Source: Octopus bimaculoides (taxonomy: Eukaryota). From it: DNA of 64,000 nucleotides. The DNA lies in contig NC_068990.1 of NCBI RefSeq assembly GCF_001194135.2, positions 29,690,515 through 29,754,514 on the forward strand, in the 5' to 3' direction. The notes beneath the pieces were generated by a model that searched no databases, had not been told where the DNA came from, and saw only the letters and a list, made by a program, of their open reading frames with translations. The stretch's first letter is position 1, and every line of letters begins with the position of its first letter. The translations under genes and the position numbers were made by a program. Below, in pieces: positions 38,301-47,689 of the stretch.

Positions 38301-41300
38301 TTGAGTGTTGGGCGGTGTGTTTACGTCCCCATAACTTAGCGGTTCGGCAAAAGAGACCGATAGAATAAGTACTAGACTTACAAAGAATAAGTCCTGGGGT
38401 TGATTTGCTTGACTAAAGGTGGTGCTCCAGCATGTTCAAAGTCAAATGACTGAAACAAGTAAACGAGTAAACTTGGTGAAAATAGAAAAAAAAAGAAACC
38501 CCTAAATTTATTCTACTACCACCTACACCACTGCAGTTACTATACTAATGCCATTACTATTGCTGTTGCTACATGACTACCACCACCACCACCACCATTA
38601 GTACTGCTAGTGTTATTACTTCTACTACTATTACACCCTAACCCCACCCTTGTTGCTACTCTGATTAATACCACCACCACCACTACTGCCGCTACCACCC
38701 TGCTGAAAGCTCTCCCAAGATGTTCTGGGATCATTAAGTTACTCACGGGATCTGCAAACTCTGGTTGTTCAGGGTAAGCATTGAAAGCTGCTTGATCACT
38801 CGTAGAAAACAAATGGATGTAACCTTCAAATAAATAAAAAAAAAATATACACACAGGTTATATTTACAAATTTAACAAATTTTTTACTACTGCTACTACT
38901 ACTACTACTACCACTACTACTGCTGCTGCATACTAATTTAGTTAGCAGGTATTTTATCTTGATGTTTGGTGCCACCAAATCTCAAATCTCCAGAATCTTC
39001 CTTAGGATTCTTACAGAATATAGGATGGTGTTTTTCTGCAGGTCGAAAACTCTAGTTTCAGTTCCAATCTCTTTCAGTCTTTTAGATAGCATTTTGTGCC
39101 AAGTGAACCAATTCCTACAGGAATAATTGTTGTCTTCATCTTCCACAGACTCCTCAGCTCTTGCGATAAATCCTGATATTTCTCAATTTTTTTTTTTACC
39201 ATTTCTTTGGTATCGACTCTGCTGTCATAGAGAATTGCAAAATATTTGATCTTAAACTTTGTTTATTTTTGTCCTCTATGATCATATTATTATTATCATT
39301 ATTATTTAAGATGGCGAGGTGGCGGAAACGTTAGCACGCTGGGCAAAATGCATAGTGGCATTTCGTTCATGTTTACATTCTGAGTTCAAATTCCACCGAG
39401 GTTGACTCTGGCTTTCATCTTTTCGGGGTCGATAAATTAAGTACCAGTGAAACACTGGGGTCGATAAAATCGACTAGTCCCCCCATCCCCAAATTTCAGG
39501 CCTTGTGCCTATGGTAGAAAGGATTATTATTTATACTCTCACCTAGCTCACAGCCATTGCCTTCTCTCAGATGAAAGGTCTTTGTTTTACAAGCTACCTG
39601 GTGACCCCACTGGTGCCCCTTAAAAAGCATCCGTGCTGGTGCCACCTGAAAAGCACCCAGTCCACTCTGTAATGTCGATGGCATTAGGAAGTGCATCCAG
39701 TAATAGAAACCATGCCAAAGGAGACAACAGGAGCCAGGTGCAGCCTTCCAGTCTCGCCAGCCTCTCTGAAACCATTCCAACCAATGCTAGTAAGGAAAAC
39801 AGACATCGAATGATGATGATGATGATGTTTTGCTTGCTTGTTTTTTCTTTCTATCATCATCATTTAACGTTTGCCTTCCATGCTGGCATGGGTGGGACGG
39901 TTTCACAAGAGCCGGCCAAGCAGAAGCCTGCACCAGACTTCTGTAACTGTTTTGGCAGGATTTTTACAGCTGGACGCCCTTCCTGACACCAAACACTCAG
40001 CAGAGTGGACTTAGTGCTTTTTATGTATGTAAACATACACACACACAAAACTAATTGTATGAATCCCTTGAGCTTAAAAAAAGACGAAGGTCAATAACTA
40101 ACAACTCACCAGTGCTGTCTCCGAAAGCCATGGACTGACATGTAGGAGACACATCAAAACTCATTAAAACACCTCCTTGGGTATCAACTTGGTACAACAT
40201 CATGGAGCCAGGAGCCATTGTTGTAGTATCCAACACTTGAAAATGACCAACCTGCAAGAAACAGACCATCGAAAATTACTACTGAGGTTTATGATACAGT
40301 TAGAGGGGAGGCATGAAACAGGAGATGGTTGGGTGGTCCAGGAGTGAAAAGGTTAGCAGGTTGTAGTTTGTCTCAGGTATGACACTGCCTAGTGCGTGCA
40401 TGCAAGTGTGTGTGCGTGTGTATACATCAGTGTGAAATGGTCTCTTTACCTCAAACAGTAACTTAGCCATATGACAAATAGAAACTGATAAAACAAGAAC
40501 AAAAGTGAAGCAAGTACTGAGGTCAAATACGGTCAATTGGAATCCTCGAAAGGTTTCCAAACGACCAGATTTCACTCCAGAATTCATTTCATGTCAATGA
40601 GTGAGACCAGTTGAAGAATACAAGAAAAGTTCTTGGCAGATTCCTTTGTCTCAGTCTAAAGTGAGATGTCAAAATATGATGGACTTACTTGTGAAACAAC
40701 ACACAGTTTGTTTGGATAGGCTGGTAAAAAGCGGAGGAACGCAGGGTCTATAAGAACTTTTATTGGTGCCATGGCTCTGATGAAACGTAGATCATACACC
40801 ATGAGAAAACGGTCAGGTGCCAAGTTGCCCATTCTGAAGAATAAAATAAATACATAAATAAATGTGGTTTAGAGAAGGCAGTAAAAGCAACAGAATATCT
40901 TATATTTAACCCTTTAACATTCAAACAGACCATATCTGACCCAAATTTTCTACCCTTTTTATTTCCAAACCAAGTTGGGTCTGGTCTCTCACACCTACCC
41001 AACAATGTCATTCTAAAAATAAACAATTACATCACTGAAATTTCAAAGCTATGAGGTAATGCATGACTAATTCAAAACAATGGGAAGAAATAGGAAGAAT
41101 ATTTACAGAGGGTGAAATATTCAATGCAATTCCCAAACTGAGAAGCAACCAGCAATGTCAGAATGACTGTAAGTTGATGAATGAACTGAGAAGAAGAGAG
41201 AGAGAGAGAGAAAGAGAGAGTTTTACCTGTTGGAATAACCACAGGTAACCAATAGGTTACCATTGATATCAAAATCTGATAAAGTTCCAGTATGGGCTTC

Positions 41301-44300
41301 AAGGACATGTTCAGCATTAAGAGTTTTATGATCGTAAAGTGTCAGCTGAAATGTAAGAGATGCAGATGAATCAAATACCCTAATGTGATTAGATATTGTA
41401 CAATTTTCAAGATAAGAATTAAGACAACTTTATTTGGAGTTTCAAGTGTAGAGGAGAGTCTAATTGCAGACAGCTGAACCTAGAATGTGTAAATCTAACA
41501 TTCAGAACACTGGTTCTTAACCATTTTTGCTCCATGGACTCTTCTGATTCCTATTTAACTCAGAGGGAACCTCATAGCCATTCCATGTTTAAAAGAAACC
41601 TCGTGTAACATCCACTTTCCTTGCTAGCATGGGTTGGACAGTTTGACTGAGGACTGGCAAGCCGGGACGCTGTACCAGGCTCCAATCTGATCTGGCAAGG
41701 TTTCTACAGCGGGATGCCCTTCCTAATACCGACCACCCCAATAGTGTAGTGGGTGCTTTTTACATGCCACCAGCACAGGGACCAGAGGGTGCTGGCAATG
41801 ACCATGATCGATTGGTACTTTTTACGTACCACCGGCACAGAAGCCAGTCAAGGCGGTGCTGGCATCGGCCATGTTCGGATGGTGCTTTTTACGTGCTACC
41901 AGCACGGGGGTCACAACTACAATTTCCATTTGATTTGATTTTGATGTACTTGACTCAATAGGTCTCGTATCTTGATATGAGATCACCATGTCGCGCAGAT
42001 ATGGTTGTGATGCATGTGCCTGGTGTACCCTTATCAGATGGGTAGTCATGATGGGTATAATGGGCTTCGTATATTTTACCCCAGAGTAACTTTGATGGCA
42101 TGCACTGCTCTCTCACTCAACAATAATAATAATGATAATGATCCCTGGATCCTGGATTACCATCTATGCAGGTAGTGCAAAAGATTGTATTAACTGGTAA
42201 CCGGTCACATGTAATGAGAAAAGTCATTCTGACTTTTCTTTCCTTTTTTCCTCCACTTTATTTTGTTTACTTTTTAAATTTTTTATATTTTTCTCTCTGT
42301 CTTTCTCTTTTTCTCTATAACATGACTTTGTAAACGAACAACTTGGTGTGTTTATTCTAATGGCCTACCAATGTATACAGTACGTTTCTCGGCCTTAGGT
42401 GTTAGGAAGACACTCGGCAAGAAATGAAAATAGAATTAAAAGAAGATGCTAATGAGAATTAAATAGGAATAAATATAATAACAATCCTTTCTATTATAGG
42501 TGCAAGGCCTGCAATTTTGTGGGAGGACAGTTTATTAAATTGGTCCCAAAAGGATGAAAGAAGTTGACCATAGGGGAATTTGAACTCAGAACATAAAGAC
42601 AGATGAAATGCAGCTGAGCATTTTGTCCAGTGTGGTAATGATTCTGTCAGTCTACATCCTTTAAATTATTATTATTATTATTAATTAAGGTGGTGAACCA
42701 GCAGAATTGTTAGCACACTGGGTGAAATGCTTAGCGGCTTTTCGTCTGTCTGCATGCTCTGAGTTGAAGTTCCACCAAGGTCAACTTTGCCTTTCATTCT
42801 TTCGGGGTCGATAAATTAAGCACCAGTTGAACACTGGGGTCGATGTAATCGACACATTCCCCATCCCACCAAATTTCAGGCCTTGTGGAAAGGATTATTA
42901 TTATTATTATTATCATTAATAATAAAAATCTTCTCAATGGAGATTTAGTTCTGACAAACTGGGGTCAATGCTTGTAAGTTTCGTTGCTAATGTATAACAG
43001 AAAAAGAGGCAGAAATGACATACCTTGCCACTAGTGTCTCCAGCACAAATGAACTTGTTTGAAGCCCTGAATATAGCACAGCCAGGTTCAACAACATCAA
43101 CCTATAACAGAAAGAAAACATCAAAACTTAGTGGAATAAGAGGGGTATGAGGTTACCTGGGTTAACTATGGGTCACTTTGTAGTGGTGAGAAAGCTAAAT
43201 CTTTTTTGGCCGAGTCTCCACTGGTTATAAGAAATTTCATCATAAAGATTTTTGCTGTTGAGAAATTTGTCATAAAAAATTTCATTTTAAATGTCCTCAT
43301 CACATTTTTTTTATTGTTTGAAGTTGAATAAAGACTTGTCTATTGAATTCTTTCATAAAACATTTTATTATTTTCTGTTTTTAAAAAAAAAATGCTGATA
43401 TAATACATTTAAAGCAAATTTTCTTACACAGCGGAATTTCTTATGAATTTTCTGGACACGGTCTCTGCTATCTTTAATCCTTTAGCATTCAGATCAATCG
43501 GTCACATGTAATGCTTATGCATTTATATCATCTTCATCATCATTTAACGTCCGTTTTTCTATGTTGGCATGGGTTGAATGGTTTGACTGGGGACTGGCAA
43601 GCCAGGAGGCTGAGCCAGGCTCCAATCTGATCTGGCAATGTTTCTACAGCTGGATGCCCTTCCCTAACACCAACCACTCCGAGTGTGTAGTGGGTGCTTT
43701 TTATGTGTTGAATTAATTATGCATTATTTTGTAGCTTCAAGGTTTCAATGATGTGACAGTTTATTTTTAGAATGAACATTGTAGGGTAAGTGTGAGAGGC
43801 TAGATCTGGTCTGTTTGAACAGAAAACAGAATATTTTGGCTGAATATTAACAGTTTAAATACTAAATGGCTCAAATGAGGAATGCATGATAAAAAAAAGG
43901 AATGTAGCGATGTTGCTGCCATCTTTAAAATGAGAATTATATAATAATTAGACAACCTAAATTAACACCACCACTCTTTAATCTCTTTCTCATTCCCCTA
44001 ACCACTCCCACCTTCTCTTCTAAAATGTGAATAGCCATGTGGCCCCTCTAATGCAAAAAGCCTGTTCTGCTCTGACCCCTTCTCTCATACTTTAATCCCG
44101 CCAAACCTAAAACCACCTCTCTCAGGGTTCACAGTTTTGCAAGTGACATAGTGACCTCACTAATGCTGGTGCCATGGAAAAAAGGCATTCGATGCACTCT
44201 ATAAAATCTTTGGTGTTAGGAAGGGAATCCGGCCATAGAAACCATGTCTAAGCAGACACTAGACCATAATGCAGTCCTTCAGCTTTTTGGACCTTGTTGA

Positions 44301-46379
44301 ACCATCCAACCCATGCCAGTATGGGACATGGATGTAAAGTGATGATGATGATTAATTAGCGTATCATTGATAGTAATTTTATTGACTCGGGTGTGTTGAG
44401 AGGCTAGTATCCATGTCATATTTGAACCAATAACTAGAAAATAAATTGCTCACCTCTCTGGTCTTTTGTAACTTATTGAGGTCAAGCTCAATGACTTTGG
44501 TCTGGTGACCACCCATTAGCACTGTCTGTGGACTGGTCATTAAGATACACTGCATGTCTTCCATATATTCGTCACTGAAAATAAATGGGATTGAAAAAAA
44601 AGAAATAAAAAGACACGAGAAAAAAAGGAAAACAACCATGTTTAAATTTAATTAAAAATAATGATCTCTAAATAGGAACCATGTACCACTCGTGATACAG
44701 ATATTGTTTTGAGCTGAGTGGGGGTGCTAGATTCCCTTGTTCGAAAATATAAGGACACAGATCATGTCCCATAGCCAGCTGGACACAGATCATGTCCCAT
44801 AGCCAGCTGGACACAGATCATGTCCCATAGCCAGCTGGACACAGACTGTGTTGTATGTCTCCTAGGGCTAAATTACAGCAACATTCGTCCTAAACCAGGA
44901 CTGCCATGTTATGTTGGTAAACAATCTTTACTCCAAAGTACTGTTGCTGAACATCTCACGCTGTGAGATTTAAGAATAGTAATTTTCTAGCATTTCATCT
45001 GTTTTTACGTTCTGAGTTGAACTTCTGTCAAGGTCAACTTTGCCGTTCAGCCTTTCGAGGTCAATAAAATAAGAACCAGTTGGGTACCGTGGCTGATGCA
45101 TTTGACTAATCCTTCCTCCAACACCAATTTCAGACCTTGTGCCATTGGTAGAAAGGATTATTAAACTGGTGTTTAGAACATTAATTAACATGAAATTTTG
45201 ATGGATGGTTTTAATTTAGATCAGAGGTTTCCAAACTTTTCGAGCTGTCGCCCCCTTGGCACTTGGGCAACATTCTTAGCACCCCTCCCACTCCATTCAC
45301 CACCACAAATGTAGACCACTAACTAAAACAAATTCAAAACAACTGTATTTCACAAACCGAAACTAATGAACCCATTATTTTGTAGTTTCTACATCCATCG
45401 CCCCTTTTTTTGGCTACCCCATTTTCTTCAAGCTCCCTGGATCTTTCCACTGCTCCTAGGGGGGCAGTACCGCCCACTTTGGGAACCACTGATTCAGATC
45501 ACTTTAAAACAGGAAGTTGGCATGATAGAACCAGAGGCAGCTGCAGGTGGGTTGGTATAAAAAGGGGTAAGAAAAAGGGGCCACACACACGTAGTCAAAC
45601 TGCTTCAATCCTGTCCTCATTGAACATCTCAGATTATTCCGGGTAAGGAAGAGACAGCCTGTGTCCATAGAGAGAATCTGACGAATTTCATCTGTTGAAT
45701 GAACTTGAAATGAAGTGTATTTCTCTAGCCCAGCACCATAGTAAGATGTGACATGACCCTGGAGAAAGAAAAGAAAAGGGAAAACGAATCTGAGGCAAAG
45801 AAAAACACATTTATTTTATTTACTCTTTTTACTCGTTTTAGTCATTTGACTGTGACCTTGGGACTTATTCTATCGGTCTCTTTTGGCAAACCACTAAGTT
45901 AGGGGGACGTAAACAGACCAACATCGGTTGTCAAGAAATGGAAAGGTGGGGACAAGCACAGACACACACATGCATATATCGAACGTGGCTGATGCTAGTA
46001 CCCTCTGACTGGCTCTCGTGCTGGTGGCATGTAAAAAGCACCATCCGAATGTGATGGATGCCAGGCCCGCCTGACTGGCTCCTGTGCTGGTGGCACGTAA
46101 AAAGCACCCACTACACTCTCAGAGTGGCTGGCATTTAGGAAGGGCATCCAGCTGTAGAAACATTGCCAGATCAGATTGGAGCCTGGTGCAGCCGCTGGCT
46201 CTCCAGACCTCAGTCAAACTGTCCAGTCCATGCTAGCATGGAAAAACGGACATTTAACGATGATGATGACGATGGGCTTCTTTCAGTTTCAGACCATAAT
46301 GGCAGATAAAATACTGCTAAGCATTTCATCCAGTGTGCTAACGATTCTGCCATCTCACCACTTTTTTAATAATAATAAC

Positions 46380-46412
<33 letters not shown>

Positions 46413-47400
46413 CCTTTCTACTATTGGCACAAGGCCTGAAATTTTGAGGGGAGGGGTTAAGTCTATTACATTAACCACCAGTGCTCAACTAGTAATTATT
46501 GAATTGATCCCAAAAGCTTTGTGAAGGAAATTCAGTTTGATAGAAAGCCCATTGGACAGGCTGTACTGACTTTGTTACACAGGTGAGGAGTAGTGACAGG
46601 AAGAGCATCCAGCCTTAGGAAATCTGCTTCTACAAATTCTGTCTGACCCATGCAGGTATGGAAAAGTGGACGCTAAAAGGACAATGATGATGATGAATTC
46701 AGAAAGAGCAGATTCCTGTAAATATTAGAAGCACTGATACAACAAACTATAAAATGTAGCCAGTCAGTCAGTTCTGGTGTAAAGAACTTGAAAAAGCTAC
46801 AAGCTTTTGCTTTCATCATCATCATCATTTAATGTCTGCTTTCCATGCTGGCATGGGTTGGACGGTTTGACTGAGGACTGGTGAGTCAGAAGGCTGCACC
46901 AGGCACCAAATCTGGTATCTTAGCAATTATTGTTAACATTCAATTTACTCTGTCAAACGTGATACTTATCTATTCACATTGTTTGGAATTAATCATGCAT
47001 TATCTCGCAGCTCTGAAATCTCAATGATGTGATTGTTTAGTTTTAGAGTGACATTGTAGGGTAGGTGTGAGAGGCTGGATCCAGTCAGTTTTAACATAAA
47101 GTGAGGAGAATGTTTGGGCTGGATATGGTCAGTTGAAATGCTAAAGGGTTAACTTACCCCTTGAGTTCCCATCCAAAGAAGTTCTTTGACAAGATCAAAT
47201 GAGAGGGAAGACACTCCAAAATGATGAGCATCGGCCAGCACGCTGTGGGTCTCTGAAAACTGGACATCTCCGGAATTGTGATGTTCGGGCTGATATAAGT
47301 TTTCAGAATATCGGGTTTCCATTAAGGAGGTGTCAATAGGAATGGCAGTACTTGTAACAACACTGGCAGGAAAACCAACAGAAACACCTGGGTATTCCAT
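14354..47400 (-). CDS. PAN2: PAN2 poly(A)-specific ribonuclease catalytic subunit (WD40 + pseudo-USP + DEDD exonuclease); 24 exons located, at least one missing between 26013 and 29273
   Basis: Exons translate in order to PAN2 motifs: [43 protein letters not shown]...[11 protein letters not shown] (USP catalytic Cys position is Ala), [51 protein letters not shown] (DEDD residues present). Located exons total 3475 nt and are phase-consistent except across the gap region. Confidence 0.96.
15310..15403 (-). CDS. PAN2: PAN2 exon ([13 protein letters not shown]...[11 protein letters not shown])
   Basis: tgtgtag|GTC acceptor, A|gttagt donor. Confidence 0.96.
16303..16540 (-). CDS. PAN2: PAN2 exon ([14 protein letters not shown]...[14 protein letters not shown])
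   Basis: aatccag|A acceptor, TCA|gtaaat donor. Confidence 0.97.
16770..17646 (-). pseudogene. 3'-truncated mariner transposon in a PAN2 intron (third subfamily)
   Basis: 5' TIR TTAGGTTATCTGGAAAGTTCTGAGCG at 17646; ATG at 17464; HTH region, [38 protein letters not shown]; stops and frameshifts; C-terminal catalytic half absent. Confidence 0.93.
17940..18025 (-). CDS. PAN2: PAN2 exon ([28 protein letters not shown]); identical copy at 18314-18399 is probably an assembly duplicate
   Basis: ctgacag|GAA acceptor, GG|gtgagt donor. Confidence 0.95.
18679..19056 (+). mobile_element. Non-autonomous Penelope-like-derived element: inverted terminal repeats with hammerhead motifs around a tRNA-like head
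   Basis: 106-bp arms 18697-18802 and 18917-19022 (7 mismatches); direct repeat GTATTGAGAGAGAA at 18665-18678 and 19056-19069; CTGATGA...GAAAC core. Confidence 0.75.
18949..18994 (+). ncRNA. Minimal type I hammerhead ribozyme motif of the PLE kind; this copy probably defective
   Basis: Stem I GACAC/GUGUU, core CUGAUGA, extra A, stem II GGCUG/UAGCC, GAAAC, cleavage triplet AUU (18987-18989); degenerate antisense copy at 18725-18770. Confidence 0.65.
19057..19515 (+). mobile_element. RTE LINE 3' fragment (host of the PLE-derived insertion)
   Basis: [36 protein letters not shown] followed by a degenerate 3' tail module. Confidence 0.85.
19908..20062 (-). CDS. PAN2: PAN2 exon with DEDD motif I ([10 protein letters not shown]...[12 protein letters not shown])
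   Basis: tttccag|TG acceptor, CAG|gtaagg donor. Confidence 0.97.
20611..20836. mobile_element. hAT-type MITE (related pieces at 41510-41590 and 53135-53243)
   Basis: Termini CAGGGGTTTTCAAC and GTCGAGAACCACTG. Confidence 0.7.
21448..21538 (-). CDS. PAN2: PAN2 exon ([30 protein letters not shown])
   Basis: ttttcag|TCA acceptor, G|gtgagt donor. Confidence 0.96.
21673..21756 (-). mobile_element. Miniature internally deleted member of the 18679-19056 family
   Basis: Same termini (CATTATTTAC...TAGAACTG); 14-bp TSD AACCTTACTAAATA at 21659-21672 and 21757-21770. Confidence 0.8.
21810..22330 (-). mobile_element. RTE-clade LINE 3' fragment with C-terminal zinc-finger tail (different family)
   Basis: [24 protein letters not shown]...[30 protein letters not shown], typical of an RTE ORF C-terminus. 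Confidence 0.75.
22800..23085 (+). mobile_element. Purine-rich RTE LINE fragment, same family as 47690-49130
   Basis: [47 protein letters not shown]. Confidence 0.85.
23689..23886 (-). CDS. PAN2: PAN2 exon (AKTATPEEF...[26 protein letters not shown])
   Basis: atttcag|GCA acceptor, ATA|gtgagt donor. Confidence 0.97.
24206..24647. repeat. 136-bp inverted duplication of a SINE head plus its flank
   Basis: Arms 24206-24341 and 24512-24647; 9 mismatches, no indels. Confidence 0.9.
25883..26012 (-). CDS. PAN2: PAN2 exon (SYDQSSDGG...[11 protein letters not shown]...LTEE)
   Basis: ttcttcag|G acceptor, GAG|gtaagt donor. Confidence 0.88.
29274..29380 (-). CDS. PAN2: PAN2 exon (EPPQVISF...[13 protein letters not shown])
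   Basis: tttacag|AT acceptor, CAT|gtgagt donor. Confidence 0.95.
29958..30106 (-). CDS. PAN2: PAN2 exon ([16 protein letters not shown]...RCRCGHE...SYPSSNT)
   Basis: tacttag|T acceptor, G|gtcagt donor. Confidence 0.95.
30987..31174 (-). CDS. PAN2: PAN2 exon, divergent insert in pseudo-USP domain ([16 protein letters not shown]...EAIPE)
   Basis: tttcag|GAA acceptor, AG|gtaaag donor; open for 62 codons; supplies the phase 0 to 2 change needed by its neighbours. Confidence 0.85.
31750..31899 (-). CDS. PAN2: PAN2 exon ([17 protein letters not shown]...QQVHS)
   Basis: atttgcag|GCC acceptor, TCT|gtatgt donor. Confidence 0.97.
32245..32427. repeat. Fold-back element with 72-bp arms and 39-bp spacer; partial sister copy at 44730-44960
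   Basis: Arms 32245-32316 and 32356-32427, 4 mismatches. Confidence 0.9.
33087..33215 (-). CDS. PAN2: PAN2 exon ([10 protein letters not shown]...[14 protein letters not shown]...CQ)
   Basis: attgcag|GTT acceptor, CAG|gtatta donor. Confidence 0.97.
33465..33662. repeat. Compound (TA)n/(CA)n microsatellite; similar tracts near 6110-6185, 56150-56940 and 61825-61930
   Basis: Direct inspection; source of the YIYI and HTHT pseudo-ORFs. Confidence 0.95.
35150..35307 (-). CDS. PAN2: PAN2 exon ([21 protein letters not shown]...[11 protein letters not shown])
   Basis: ctctacag|AT acceptor, CAG|gtcagt donor. Confidence 0.97.
35704..35870 (-). CDS. PAN2: PAN2 exon ([14 protein letters not shown]...GYAPNPG...NQVPYDL...NGR)
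   Basis: aatttag|G acceptor, G|gtataa donor. Confidence 0.92.
36000..36169. mobile_element. Short hAT-type MITE (relative at about 18090-18225)
   Basis: CAGTGGCCTTGAAC...GTTGAGAACCACTG termini; interior shared with the 18.1 kb copy. Confidence 0.6.
37473..37600 (-). CDS. PAN2: PAN2 exon (VEPVTPMHI...[14 protein letters not shown])
   Basis: tacttag|GTT acceptor, AG|gttagt donor. Confidence 0.95.
38747..38823 (-). CDS. PAN2: PAN2 exon ([25 protein letters not shown])
   Basis: atttgaag|GT acceptor, CCC|gtgagt donor. Confidence 0.93.
39308..39532 (+). mobile_element. tRNA-derived SINE with (ATT)n tail; other copies near 28905-29110, 30765-30960, 37655-38080, 42688-42915, 44985-45170, 50685-50830
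   Basis: Shared body GAGTTCAAATTCC...CTTTCATCCTTTCGGGGTCGATAAATTAAGTACCAG...GGCCTTGTGCC and (ATT)n tail. Confidence 0.85.
40110..40251 (-). CDS. PAN2: PAN2 exon (VGHFQVLD...[17 protein letters not shown])
   Basis: cttgcag|GTT acceptor, G|gtgagt donor. Confidence 0.96.
40689..40833 (-). CDS. PAN2: PAN2 exon ([17 protein letters not shown]...LCVVSQ)
   Basis: ttcttcag|A acceptor, CAA|gtaagt donor. Confidence 0.96.
41227..41345 (-). CDS. PAN2: PAN2 exon (LTLYDHKTL...[23 protein letters not shown])
   Basis: tttcag|CTG acceptor, AG|gtaaaa donor. Confidence 0.95.
43024..43101 (-). CDS. PAN2: PAN2 exon ([26 protein letters not shown])
   Basis: ttatag|GTT acceptor, AAG|gtatgt donor. Confidence 0.95.
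44454..44574 (-). CDS. PAN2: PAN2 exon ([11 protein letters not shown]...KLQKTRE)
   Basis: tttcag|T acceptor, GAG|gtgagc donor. Confidence 0.95.
44753..44845 (+). repeat. 28-bp tandem repeat, 3.3 copies (GGACACAGATCATGTCCCATAGCCAGCT)
   Basis: Three exact units at 44753, 44781 and 44809 plus a partial unit. Confidence 0.95.
45222..45491. mobile_element. hAT-type MITE (270 bp) with 8-bp TSD
   Basis: TIRs CAGAGGTTTCCAAAC / TTTGGGAACCACTG; TSD ATTTAGAT (45214-45221) and ATTCAGAT (45492-45499). Confidence 0.85.
45589..45758 (-). CDS. PAN2: PAN2 exon ([19 protein letters not shown]...KQFDY)
   Basis: tttctccag|GGT acceptor; phase-2 donor inferred inside a (GT)n tract. Confidence 0.9.
47158..47400 (-). 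CDS. PAN2: PAN2 first coding exon (MEYPGVSVG...ELLWMGTQG); exon begins at 47409
   Basis: tttcag acceptor at 47410; in-frame TAG just before ATG 47400; GGG|gtaagt donor. Confidence 0.92.
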
Positions 47401-47689
47401 CAACTATACCTGAAATTTGAGAAAAAAAAGAAATTAGGAATTTATATTGAAGTAGTTGATATATGTTGGGGGATTGATTTCTAGAATAATGCTTTACATT
47501 GTTTAGAGAGAAGGAAAGTAAAAGAGACAGAGAGAGAGAGAGTTAACATAAGAGGAGCAGGATGAGTGCACATACTAGTCTTGATGGCATGTAATGAGTA
47601 AAAAAAATGATAAACACACACATACAGAATGAGAGAGAAAGAGAGGAAGGAGTGAAGGATGGAGTATTTATGGAAGGCATTACACAAAT

